Position numbers and translations under genes: made by a program | The notes under the pieces: generated by a model | Told to the model about the DNA's origin: nothing | The model's database searches: none | The model's input: only the letters and a program-made list of their open reading frames with translations | Assembly: GCF_001194135.2 (NCBI RefSeq) | Contig: NC_068985.1 | Location: 90,875,478-90,939,477, forward strand | Source: Octopus bimaculoides | Lineage: Eukaryota | Length of the DNA: 64,000 nucleotides | Direction of reading: 5' to 3' | Shown: positions 12,913 to 25,354 of the stretch, piece after piece | Numbering within the stretch: the stretch's first letter is position 1 | How the letters are laid out: each line of letters begins with the position of its first letter

Positions 12913-14454
12913 CTTCTAAATGTAGATAATTTGTCTGCCGGTCTGTCTCTTCCTGTCTCTCCTCTCTCTATATACACACTCATAACCATTCACACATATA
13001 CAAAACATTTCCTATTTGACTTTGTATATATCTTTCTATATGTATGTTCCTTTCCTTATGAATTCATATGCAGAATTTCAGTTGTTGAATAACTTTCATA
13101 TTGTTACTCACTTCTTATATCTCTTTACTTATGACTAAATAAAACCGAACAATAAAGATGTGTTTTCGCAGCAAATTAGACACGAATTTAATGTTATCAC
13201 ATCATCTAATTTTAGTTTCATAGCAACATTTTATCTATGTTTGAGATCGATATTTTGAAATAATATATTAAATTGGCATCAATATAATTTAGATTTTAGG
13301 AATTGAAAACAATGAGTGAGTCCCTTTTTACATTTGAAAGTATTTACGCCGTTTTCATCATTTCCATTGTTCCTCGGTTATGGTTCACTTATTTTAATTT
13401 AAACGAAATCTCCCCTTCTGATCTACGTAACAATGAAATTTCATTTCATCGTATATAATGTTATACATGATACGCATTTATTTTGTTTAGAAGATTTATA
13501 CAATTTATAATTTAAAAATTTGCTTCTATGTATATTCAAGTGTTCTATAACTTTCTGAAAAAATCTCGAATAGGTAAAGATGCGAAATAAATTTGATCTA
13601 GAAGAAAATCAATCCCCCTCTCCATGCCTATTTATGTGCGTGTGTGTTTGTGGATGTGTTTGAGTATATGTATCTGTGCGTGTGCATGCGTGTGTGTGTA
13701 TGTGTTTGTGCGTGTGTGTGTGTGTGTGTGTGTTTGTGTGTGCGTGTGTGTTTGTGTGTGTTTGTGTTAATATTTATATCTTAATGTTTATGCAATACAG
13801 TAATAAAGATTCATTTAAGATGATTATACGAATCGGTTTCGCACTCGAGGTTTTGGAAAATTCAATCCTGTCAAGTGTGAGAAGGGCTTATAGAAGGTGT
13901 ATAACAATAAATGATAAATTTATATTTTCATATTCATATATTTAGAAATACACTTACGCACACATTCATAAACACGTGTACACACACACACATTCACATA
14001 TAACACGATAAGTGACTCAGTAACTATTTTGCTTGTTTTATTTGTGTGTCCGTGTGTCTGTGTTTTGAGTCGTATTTCGTTTGTCAGCAAAATAATTTTA
14101 AACAGGCACATAAAAAAAAAAAATACATTAATAATAACAATCACTGAATCAATATATCACTTCCAGTATATTACAGTAGTCCTGAATCACAATGAAGTCG
14201 CTCTATATCAATGATAAAACTTAACCGGTGAGTGATTAGTTTGACAGAGATTAGAGTCGCTTCCTGGTTCAGTGTTTTCGACGCAGGATATACATATGTA
14301 TCATGTTTCAATGATATCGCTTTTAAATATTCAATCAGGAAGACAAATTCAAAAACAAACTAAAATATATTTCAAATGTCATTCATCTTATCAAAAACAT
14401 TTCGAAAAAATCCCTTCAATTATTTATTTATTTATTCTTTTTTGTCTGGTACAG

Positions 14455-14868
14455 CACAGCAGCAGCCACAAGACAATCAACAAGGGAAACCGGACGCTCT
14501 ACTTTATTCTGAACTCCGTGACCTTATGTCGGCCTATCCCATCATTCGTTGGTTTAAGTTCGTTTTCTTCAATCGTCTCTTACCGTACCTAATTTCCTCA
14601 TCGGCGTCGTCGTCATCTCCACCACCATTATTCTCATTATCTCCTTCTGCTACTGTCAGTACTGTTACTCTCTTTAATCTCTCTCTTCGCCATCTCGGTC
14701 CGATAACGAGTTCATTATATTATCCCAAAACTATTCATCTAGGGACTCAAAAATAATTCTTCCAAAACCAATCATGTCAGGACCATCCAGAAACATAAAC
14801 ATAATTGCATTGCCCACCGCACACGCGCGAAATAAATAAAATCCCCAATATCTCTTCACACACCCTAC
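14455..14868 (+). other. Unique CpG-richer block; possible exon (coding or UTR), product unknown
   Basis: Polypyrimidine acceptor TTCTTTTTTGTCTGGTACAG| at 14454 and donor |GTAAGC at 14869. The frame AQQQPQDNQQGKPDALLYSELRDLMSAYP.. is open to 14756. No recognisable homology. Confidence 0.2.
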
Positions 14869-15567
14869 GTAAGCGAGCATTTTAACTACCAGATATATAC
14901 TTAAGAAAAAACACACTACAATGGGAACTTTTTGGCTATCTAACCTCTATTAGAAAATTGGGATATCTCCACACGTTACGTATCTCCCTCAAGTAAAAAG
15001 AAAATCGTTTAACCCTCAATGAAACAAAACAAAAAAGAAAAATTAAACACGAAAAATGAAAAATGAAATATCTGATGACATTACTATAACAAGTCCTACC
15101 ATTCCTATTGAGGAGGCCAAACGTCGACAATGTGTTGAATTATTAAATCAAAAGCATTTAACTCATTTAATCCAATCACTTGTCGCCATATTAACTCTAT
15201 TTTTAGTGGGGAGATAACCCAAATTGTTAATGGCATTTTTTTTTTATTGGGAATGAGATAACCAAAAAATACCCTAAAATATAATATCAACATATTTACA
15301 AACTGTTACTGATACATAATCTCGCCAGGATCTTTTCAGTTTTGATTGCTATTTTTTGAAAACTCAAATTAATTGAAATCTTGTTTAATTTGGTACGTTT
15401 TTTTCCCCAAGCTGGATCTCTGGACACACCTCAGTTTCACAGGAAAATATGTATAAAAAAAAAATTGATAGTGGTTTAAAGTTTGATCATGTTAACCCAG
15501 TCAAAAGACAGGATGTAGAAACTCTCATTTTGTGCCTAGCCTATTTTAGTACACAACTTTAAATAAA

Positions 15568-16310
15568 GGCGTAGGAGTGGCTGTGTGCTATGTAGCTTGC
15601 TTACGAACCACATGGTTCTGGGTTCAGTCCCACTGCGTGACACCTTGGGCAAGTGTCTTCTACTATAGCCTCGGGCCGACCGAAGCCATGTGAGTAGAAT
15701 TGGTTGATGGAAACTGAAAGAAGCTCGTCGTATATATGTATAGACATATGTATGTGTAAATAACAAACAGATGTATTATTTTAATGTTCGGGAAGTGAGA
15801 AAGTCTTTTACGTTTGTAGCCTACGCTCTTCAACAGAAAGCAAGACAGAAATAAGCTGAGAGAGAAAATAGAAAAGGGTTTTGTGGCTAGCGATCTATCA
15901 TGGTGAATGCCGAACAGAGGGGTCACAAAGGAGAGCTACGTAGAAGGGGAGATAATAAAGTAGTGGTGATCCCAAAGTGAAGGTGCGCGTGCGTGTGTAT
16001 GTGAGAGCCTGTATGTGCGTGTGAAAGGATGGTGGTGATATTGACGTGTGCGTGTGTGCATGTGTAGGTGTGTGTATGAGGAATACATCTATATGTGCGT
16101 GTCTTTGTTTCTGTGTCTGTCTTTGATTCCTGCCACCGCATGAAAACCGGTATCGATCTGTTTACATCCCTGTCACCTTGTGGTCCGGCAAAAGTAACCA
16201 TTAGAATGAATACGGTGCTTTAAAATATCTTGGGTTCGGCTAAAACCCTTCGAGGCGGTGCACTAGCATGGCCGCATTCATGTGTTAGAAACAAGTAAAA
16301 GATAAAAGAC
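15568..16310 (+). mobile_element. SINE family C, full length, interrupted by an H2 insertion
   Basis: Head/core 15568-15745 (GGCGTAGGAGTGGCTGTGTG..GGTTCAGTCCCACTGCGTGACACCTTGGGCAAGTGTCTTC); 3' half ~16100-16310 (GAGGCGGTGCACTAGCATGGCCGCA..AAACAAGTAAAAGA). Confidence 0.85.
15756..15985 (-). mobile_element. Repeat H2 nested inside the SINE C copy
   Basis: Reverse complement: CTTTCTGTTGAAGAGCGTAGGCTACAAACGTAAAAGACTTTCTCACTTCCCGAACATTAA..ATACATCTGTTTGTTATTTAC. Confidence 0.7.
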
Positions 16311-16333
16311 AAGAGATAGAAGCAGGATATATC

Positions 16334-16383
<50 letters not shown>
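16334..16383. repeat. (GTA)n microsatellite
   Basis: Direct inspection. Confidence 0.97.
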
Positions 16384-16432
16384 CAGTGTTGGTGTTGTTG
16401 GTGGTGTTGGTGGTAACCCCACTATTTACTGA

Positions 16433-16479
<47 letters not shown>

Positions 16480-19287
16480 TTGTATATACAAACCGGTGTT
16501 TGTGTGTGTGTATGTGTGTGTCTGTACATGTATGTATATGTGTGTGTGGCTGTATGTGTGCATGTGTGTGTGTATAAAATGTACTCACTACACACTATGA
16601 TTGTTTTCCTCTACGCCATATGGTACTGGATTATCTCACAGATGAAAAATATGTTTGGAGCGAAATCTGTGGAAATTATGTTCCATCTCGTGGCCTTGAA
16701 TCTTGACTAACCTAAACTAAATTGCAAGAATCGATGATTTGGAAAACCGCATTTGAAATAAGCCTGCTGTTTCATAAACATCCAGTTACAAAGCAACCGT
16801 CCTTGTGATCCACATAATCCGTAATAGCTATTTTGCTACTCAACGCAGATGCACACACACATTTGCTCTCACTCTCCCTCCTTTCTCTCTGCCTCTCTCT
16901 CTCCCTCTCCCTCTCTCTCTCCCTCTGTCTGCCACATACTCACACACATGTCTATGCATGATAAACAAGATATGCAGTATACATCATGATATAAACTGCA
17001 TCGGGTGTTTGTCATATTTTTTTCTTATCTGTTGCATATATCAGAATCGGACATAGTGTTAAGTACAGTCGATACAAAACCATAATATTGGTGTATCTAA
17101 ACTCACCAATACATATAACTGTATACATAATATATATATATGTCTGTATGTGTTTCTCTGTTCGTCTGTAACTGTGTGCGTGAGTGTGTATGCGTCTGTG
17201 TGTGTTTAAGTGTATGTATGTATGCGTGAGCATGTCTGTGTTGGAGGAGGGATTGTGTTGTGTGTGTATGTACATGCATTTTATTAGATGCAAATTCCTA
17301 CCGCAACAGTTTCCGCCTACCGAATCTATGGTATAAGCCACTTGTCTAATGTGCAATTAAATATGAAGGAAACCAGAATCACGTAGATGTGAAGAGAAAT
17401 TCTCAACAACAACATATTCAAGTCTATGCACATGTTATTCATTTATTGGGGAAGTGCTTCTGACAATTTCAGGAATAAAGTTTAACGTAACTGATATGAA
17501 AACCATCATGATATAGCTTGTAAAGCTATCAATATTTAATCGCCCTGAACGAAAACTTTTGAATTATAACCTAAGTTAAGGACGGAGAGTCACTAAGCGT
17601 GTTAACCAGATGGCTATGATTTAATCATTATGATATCTTGTATAGTAAATTTCGCTTATTCTCTGGACGATTATTACACCACAGACATACCATACATATT
17701 CCATGACAATTTCCATAATACCTATTCTTTCTTAAATTTGAATATGCAACGTATGTAAACGTTTTCTTTTACTTAGTACTTTTGATTAATCATTGTGAAA
17801 TGGTAGCTTTCAGACCTAAAGCACCGACTCCCTGAAATGCTTTTAGAATTGAGTTATATACGATAATACACTGGTGTACACCTGATGGTGAATATTAGTC
17901 GTGGAAAAATATATTGTTAACAATAAAAACAGTTAGGGAATGTAAAATGAGGTTTCGACTGATACAGCTTTGGTCCTTAAAATAGTAATTTTGCTTTGAT
18001 GTGACCACATTAAAGTTGAAGTTTGAAAGAACCGAATAATGAAAAGCAAACTATTGCCATTAATTTCAACAATGATATCAACACCGTATCCAGCCATCCA
18101 TTCATCTATTGTTGAAATATATCAAAGCGAAGATGAGTCAAAATACTGTTTCAAACGAAGGTGAGCGATAACAATAATAAATGATGTGAAACCGAATATA
18201 CACCAAAGAAACTACTCTGAAAGAATAAAAAATAAATAAATAAAGTATAACCAACTATTTAGTACCGAGACTACTGGAGAATGAAATGATCTCTGCTCTT
18301 CTAGTATTGATTATAAAACTTATAGAATTGAAGAGGAAACTAGGTGAGTCTAATTGTAATGTGTAGTGTGACCATGAATAAAACGATTGTATGTAATATA
18401 GTAAGCGTAACAATTAGATTAGTTGCTTTATACAATTATACACAATCTTATTTTACCCAACCTAGATAGTGAAGAAATAAACATTCTCTGGCATAGTTTC
18501 TTTCAGCTTATTTATCGTTCTTTATCGTTCTCTGTACAGTACACGTCTAGACTTGTTTTTCTAAGAGATATATTGGTTTTAAATAATATATTTGAAGACT
18601 TATTTTTTTTCCTTTTGAAATAATAGAGATACTGAAGTGTTTGACAAGTCAACAATCAATGATGAGTTGAAATCCATGATTACCGTGAGGTAACACATCT
18701 AAGAAGAATATAGCAGTAGGGCTCTTGTAGTCACGTTTACTACTGCTAATATTATCCTTTCGTGTGTAAGATGTCTCACGACTACATCCAATATTATCCT
18801 TCTCTGTGACAACTAAGGAATTGATGGATTCAGAATATCACAAGTATTCATGACACTCTGAACACCAAAAAAAAAAAAGGATACTCAAAGCCGCTCCACA
18901 CAAATATCATCCAGAATTGCCGTACACTCATTTATGATACCTCGTCTCGAATAATCAAGATGCAGAGGAGATGGAACTTTATGCAGGTGAAATTCTGTAC
19001 GTCAGAAAATTTTATACGAAACGAAGTGCGTGATTCCACTCCCATATTCCCACCAGATATCTCTTCACGTTTTTCACATCCTATAAATCATAACACAATG
19101 TTATCGCTCGGTCTTTGGTTGAAAATAAATCAGTACGTAATCTGAGTCGCAGTTTCAACTCCATTGTCAATGTCTAAATCTTCATGATAGACGACGAAAA
19201 GTGATAGCGGTTCAAGNNNNNNNNNNNNNNNNNNNNNNNNNNNNNNNNNNNNNNNNNNNNNNNNNNNNNNNNNNNNNNNNNNNNNNN

Positions 19288-19321
<34 letters not shown>

Positions 19322-19605
19322 TGCAGTGTTTTGTGTTCAACTAGTATTTTGTCTGCAGTAAATTTCATTCTTAATTTTTTCTGTCTAGTAGTACGCTTGA
19401 GAAACAAGCAAATTGTCCCTAGAATAACACTAATATCTTACAAGAAAAAAAATACTTTGATTTGCAAGCAGAGAACAGCCTTAGATAAATATTTCTGCCT
19501 CATCAAGCATCATCAGTCAATGAGTTCACCTAAAATATTTCCAGTAGCTAAGGGAGATATGTAAGTAGATATGATGGTTAGATCACACAATCTACCGATC
19601 AGCAG

Positions 19606-19785
19606 CCTGGGAATTATAGTGTGATAAGCACTTTTAATGTTAGTAATCGGACGTCGATGAAAATGACATATTTGAAGTGTTGGATTATATCATGGCGGTG
19701 ACGATCGCAAATATTGAATTTTGATGTGATAGAATAATCGGGAGTCTTTACAGATATTAGCAAAATATTCGACATCGTCTCCAGC
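19606..19785 (+). mobile_element. Possible very old LINE reverse-transcriptase relic
   Basis: PGNYSVIST (19606) and GVFTDISKIFDIVS (19741) are in the same frame and resemble NYRPISL and VFLD.SKAFD.V. Spacing is shorter than canonical and two stops intervene. Confidence 0.3.
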
Positions 19786-21679
19786 TGTGTAGAGCGCAGT
19801 TGGAAGTTGATTTAGAGAAGTGTGCATTGAAACCATGAAGAGCAAAATGAGAAATTGATATTCAATCACCTGGATGTATCGCGATTTTATTAACTGAGAC
19901 ATATTCAATATTTCTCCATTTGTTTTCTATTCTCGTGCTGAGTGTATAATATGTTAATATGTCATGTGAAATCGTTGGAGAGTATTAATAATAGTATCAA
20001 GTAAGCCAGTTGAACGTGTTGCATGGAGGGTGGTCGATGACATGGAATGTAGCCAGACGAAGCGAGAGACAGAATGAGTGAGAAGGACGGAAGGAGTTCC
20101 GAGCATCAACTCTCACTGTCTGCAGTTGTTTGCAAAAAGATGCTGGCTAAGTTTGTCATCCACGACAGTAAATCCAGTTAAAACGTGGTCGGAAGCAATC
20201 TAAACTATTCATTCTAAATTGATCATGAAGACACAACATATGGAATTATAGTGGTTCTCTTAAAAATATCTGCGTTCCTGCCATAAAGACAGGAATATTT
20301 ATTCAGTTATGTTCAGATGGGTAATCCACCACCAAATTAACGTGATTACTAGTTAATAACTCATAATTATTTATTCCACATTGGAAAAATTCTTTTATAT
20401 AGAACTATTTCACAGAAATACATATGTGAATAATAATTTGAAAGAAAAGAATTGCTTCAGAGATTATTTGAAGGGGAAAATATAGGCAAGTTAAGTGGGG
20501 ATGCAAACGGACAATACTCAGAAAATTAGGTTTGCAGTAAGAAATAGCTTTCATGTATCAAGTCTTAATCAGAATACTTCGTTATATAGGAGGCTATATT
20601 TTACATGATTTTTGGCACGTGTTGTGTTACAATTGAAAAGCCAATATTTAATATTTTAAATAAAGGTGATAAGCATTGATTCCTAATGTAAGGCATGCGA
20701 AATCAATTGATGCACAGTCTGGTATGGATATAGAGATGCTAAAATATATCTGAAACATTAATAAATTGCTGAAGATGTTAAAAAATCTTACACTAGTGCT
20801 TCATTCACGTGATAAACTGCTGTACAAACATAGATCCATATATACACATTTATATAAAAAATACATATATACATACATACATACATGCATACATACAAGC
20901 ATTCATACATGCACCTACTTACAATTAGAAGAATACAGTTTACATCAATCTATGGAGCTGTTAAAATTTGTAAAAGTTTAAAGTTTAGTATCTAATTATA
21001 TACCCGCATGTCTAGACATGCCACTACATGTATGAGAATACATGCATGAAACAAAACATACAAATCTACCCATGGTCTGACCCCAAAGTACAAATGAAAT
21101 ACATATAAACGTTTAAATATTCTAGATTTGATACATAGAAAACAACATATGTGGAAGCAGATATAAAAAGAGAGTCCGTCAAATAGATTCAAGTTAAATA
21201 TCTTGTTCCGGCGGTACATAGTGATGTACTGACCATACAGTGCTGCAGATTGTTTCGTAATTATACAATATTATCAAAGATAGTACTTGAAAATGTGTTT
21301 TGTCGATATTGGCCTTCCATAACGGGAAAAGTACAACGTTTAACATTATTTAGTACATTTTCACAGATTGCAGTAGCGTTGATTTCGATCTCTACATATT
21401 TCTATTACATATGTACATATGAAGAGGAAATATATTCGATTTTGGCGTAAAATATTAAGTTCTATGTGGCCTGTATCATCGTAATTAGTTAAATTGTCCA
21501 ACTTTCCTATGTACATAATTCAATCAATAGAGTTAAAGAAACGTAGGCATACGTGAAATTATGTATAGCTCCATACACCAGTGTTATATTTATGTAATCA
21601 TATTAACATGGAAATAATGTTATTTATATTCCGTTGCAATGCTATGTCGACAATGCAATATATAATCACGAGCACAGAA

Positions 21680-22053
21680 GGCGCAATGGCCCAGTGGTTA
21701 GGGCAGCGGATTCGGGTTAAATTATCTTGGTTTCGATTCCCTGACTGGGCGTTGTGAGTTTTTATTGAGTGAAAACACCTAATTCTCCGCGAGACTCCGG
21801 GCGAGGGTGGTGGCGAAACCTACTGTACTCGTTCACCACATCTTTCTCTCACTCTTTCTTCCTGTTTCTGTTGTACCTGTATTTCAAGGGATCAGCCTTG
21901 TCACCCTCTGTCTAACGCTGAATCTCCCCAAGAACTACGTTAAGGCTACACGTGTCTGTGGAGGGCTCAGCCACTTCCACGTTAATTTCACGAGCAGGCT
22001 GTTCCGGTGATCGGATCACCTGGAACCCTCGTCGTCGTAACTGACGGAGTGCC
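21680..22053 (+). mobile_element. SINE family A, near full length
   Basis: tRNA-like head GGCGCAATGGCCCAGTGGTTAGGGCAGCGGA, B-box GTTTCGATTCCC, tail GTCGTCGTAACTGACGGAGTGCC; collinear with the 28870 and 36461 copies. Confidence 0.9.
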
Positions 22054-23619
22054 GTAGTAATATAGTCTCGAGTAAAGTACATAAGATGTTATGTATTAAC
22101 ATGATTTACGTTTTAAATATTCGCATTTAAGTATTCTAAATTACTATGCAATTCATATTAAGCAACCGCAGAATATATCATGGTATGTATTCACACATAC
22201 AGTCAAGCACACGCGCACATACTAAAAAAAAACAATCGTGCATCTACGTATACGCGCAGATATATATGTATACACACATATATATATACTTGTGTGAAGC
22301 ACGATCACATTCCTTGTAGTAATGATGTATCTACAGCTTAGAACAATCAGTCATACAAACACCTTTGTCATTAACATGTTACATGTCTAAAGGGTCAACT
22401 GCAAATTTGAGTTGGTAAATTCTATGTGTGACTGCCATGTTGAAATGACCAACTGGTCTGTTTGTCTTCAGATGATGTAGTGGAATCTCGGCAAATGATT
22501 CCACTTCGCCGCCGCCTCTCTCCGGGTACCAGAAATTCAGCTAAAACCACTGAATTACATTTTTGGCGTTGTTCCAAATCATCAGTATACTGAACACGAT
22601 GTGTGTATGCGTGTGTGTATGAGACAGAGAGTGAGAGAGAGAGAGAGAGAGAGAGGCAGTGAGAGTCAGTGAGTGAGTGTGCGTGTGAGAGAGAGATCAC
22701 TGTAAACATATACATACACTCACTCACACACATAATACGTATGTAATATACTATATATTCAGAAATCTATTCATATTTTTCAACAACATTGTCATAAAAC
22801 TACGTCTTTTCTTGACGTTGGAAATATGCAGAACTCGTAAGCATTTATGCATTTCTGTATGCGGAACACAGATTTTATTTGCTGCCTAGCTTGCATATCC
22901 TTATTGACAATCAATGCTTTTCTTCCATTTGGATATGTGTCCTATGAAAATTTGTCATTTTCAGACTTGTGATACATGTATACATTTCATATCTATCCTA
23001 AAAATATATGAGACTCTAGCTTCATTAAGAAATGTAAAAATATATAATTGCAAATAATTCAGCGATGATACTGTTAAAACATATACATACTCCCATAAAA
23101 TCGAGTAAATACTGAAATTTCAATGCAGAAAATACTACCGCTAGAAATAGATGGTACGTCTCCTTCATATGACACCCTACTGCTTACATTTTATAATTCA
23201 ATGTTAGAACTAGGCACGATTTTCAGAGAAATAATTAATTCGATCATAGTTAGATAACAGTGATGCTGAAATGCCACGGCAGACTAAACACAGCACGTAA
23301 AAACACAACAGAGATAAATGAAATGTTCACACGATCCAAAAAGCGCTTCCATAATTTCTACAAATATAGTCCACTGGACTCGATATTATTTTCGTAGAAA
23401 GTAAATTTCATCCCTGCACATGTGCAGATACAATCACAGACAAGAGCATATCATAATGAAACAATCTGATAGGAAAATAGCCATTAAATGCCTTAGTCAC
23501 TATGTTCGTATTTGCCACCTAAAAGAGAAATATTTGGTCCAAGCCGAAGAATTCTCGTTTAATGTGTCTAATTTTCTTCCTTTTTACTTCTTTTTTTAAT
23601 ATGTTTGCACATCAAAAAT

Positions 23620-23965
23620 CTTCCTTGGCCGAGCCAATCTCCTGACATGAACCTAATTGAAAATATTTGGAGCATACTAAATAGAGCTACACAAAAAAAC
23701 TGTACAGAAACCTAAATCTAAAGATAAATTGTTTCGATTGTTGCGTGAAAATTGGGTAGAAATTCTACAAGAGAAATTCACAAAGCTCATCAGTTCAATG
23801 CCAAAATGAGTTTCTTAATTAAAAAAACTGCAAAGGGAATGTCAAATAAATACTAAGGTAAATAGTCCTACCAATCGATTACGTATCAATTGTTCGTTTT
23901 GCGTATTAAATAAATAAAAAAATCGAAAAGTAAAAGTGTCTATTTACTTCCTGCATGTCTGTGTA
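23620..23965 (+). mobile_element. Tc1-like DNA transposon relic: transposase C-terminus + probable 3' terminus
   Basis: LPWPSQSPDMNLIENIWSIL (Tc1 WPSQSPDLNPIENLW motif); after a frameshift KPKSKDKLFRLLRENWVEILQEKFTKLISSMPK*; then TAKGMSNKY* (AKGG.TKY motif) ending 23856. Putative TIR ends ...CATGTCTGTG-TA at ~23965. Confidence 0.8.
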
Positions 23966-24254
23966 TATATCTATTTTCAAACATTAATGCTAGGTGAAAA
24001 ATCTGCTAAGTTTAGATAAGCATACATACATACGAGAAACACATATCACCCCACAGAATGTTGCACTGGGTTACTTATACATATAAACACACACAGAGAA
24101 GTTAAGCACACCCACACATATGTCCACCTGTGTTCACCACTATTTACACATATACACTCACTCGTAACATTCTTACATACGCAAAAGCTCTTACGTACCA
24201 AGTTCAGCCGGGACATCGTTATTTACTCCCTTTCACTCAATCTCTTTCTTCCGG

Positions 24255-24420
24255 TCATTTAATCATCTTGAACCGTTAATCCCTACTCATTGTTCTCTCT
24301 CCATTTGTTCCCCCTCTGAAACTCTCTGTAGAAGAGCACAGGCTCGAAACATCAAAAACTATTGTATTCTTCCCGGGAGTCAAACTAATACACCTGCTTG
24401 TTCCCTCATCTGTCTTCGCC
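24255..24420 (+). mobile_element. Repeat H2 copy with hammerhead-like motif
   Basis: CTCTCTGTAGAAGAGCACAGGCTCGAAACATCAAAAAC..CTTCCCGGGAGTCAAACTAATACACCTGCTTGTT; stem II GAGC/GCTC is intact. Confidence 0.65.
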
Positions 24421-25211
24421 CTCAGTTTCTGCAATTTGAACAGTACATTACATACGTTTGTGTGGTCACATCTGCTTTAACCTGATTATCTGAAATCCTC
24501 CTCTACTGCACTCTTATCTCTCCTAAATTCTTCTCGAAATTTCGGTACGTCACTTCATCCACCTAATCATCACTCCATTCGGATTTGAATTAGATCTTCG
24601 TACTCTTTCGTAATCTTTATGACCCTACCACCATGGATCTTACTGGTTTACTATTGATATATATATATATATATATATATATANNNNNNNNNNNNNNNNN
24701 NNNNNNNNNNNNNNNNNNNNNNNNNNNNNNNNNNNNNNNNNNNNNNNNNNNNNNNNNNNNNNNNNNNNNNNNNNNNNNNNNNNNNNNNNGGCCAAATAAA
24801 ACAACATTTCATCAATGCTGTAGGCATCGCTAGTTTTAGGAAGAATTGTACACACATTAGATGTACCGGAACTCAAGTGTGATAAATATCTAAACGTACA
24901 CTGAACTGGCTAAAGGAGTCTCAAAACCTGACAAACAGAAGTTACTTTCTACTGTAGCGTCTACATGAGGCGTCTCATTATCTCGAGATCAAATCTGTCA
25001 CAGCTTGATATATTAGTTCAAGAATAATGAGACCTTCGTCTTAAGACAGTCCTGAGTTCAAATACATCTACAACGATACATGTAAATGTATAACAGACAA
25101 TATTTAGAAGCTAACAGTTATGACAGGAAATTATATGCAATATTTTTTTAACATTGAATTAAAACTCATCGTCATATTGATTTCAGATTTTTTGAAGCAA
25201 AACAAGCAAAA

Positions 25212-25354
25212 CCGGGGAAGGGGTGAAATCGAATGCAACGAACCCAGTTCTCATCTCAAAGATCTCGGAGGGTTTGAACTGCAAAAGTAATACAGATAAA
25301 CTACAACTAAACATAATGCCGGGAGCGCTAATGATTCTGCCAGCTCACCACCTT
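25212..25354 (-). mobile_element. SINE family B, degenerate
   Basis: Reverse-complement head AAGGTGGTGAGCTGGCAGAATCATTAGCGCTCCCGGCA. Confidence 0.55.

Noticed and set aside
18711-18748. 9-bp inverted repeat TAGCAGTAG/CTACTGCTA
   Set aside because: Chance-level, with an unpaired 20-nt loop.
22465-22593. C/D snoRNA reading on the minus strand (CTGATGA...CTGA)
   Set aside because: The C box lacks the 5' purine and the terminal stem is not canonically placed; kept only as a generic structured block.
24972-25033. 10-bp inverted repeat GTCTCATTAT/ATAATGAGAC with partial inner pairing; faint resemblance to bantam
   Set aside because: There is a large asymmetric bulge, 10-bp IRs at this spacing are expected by chance, and it does not match bantam.
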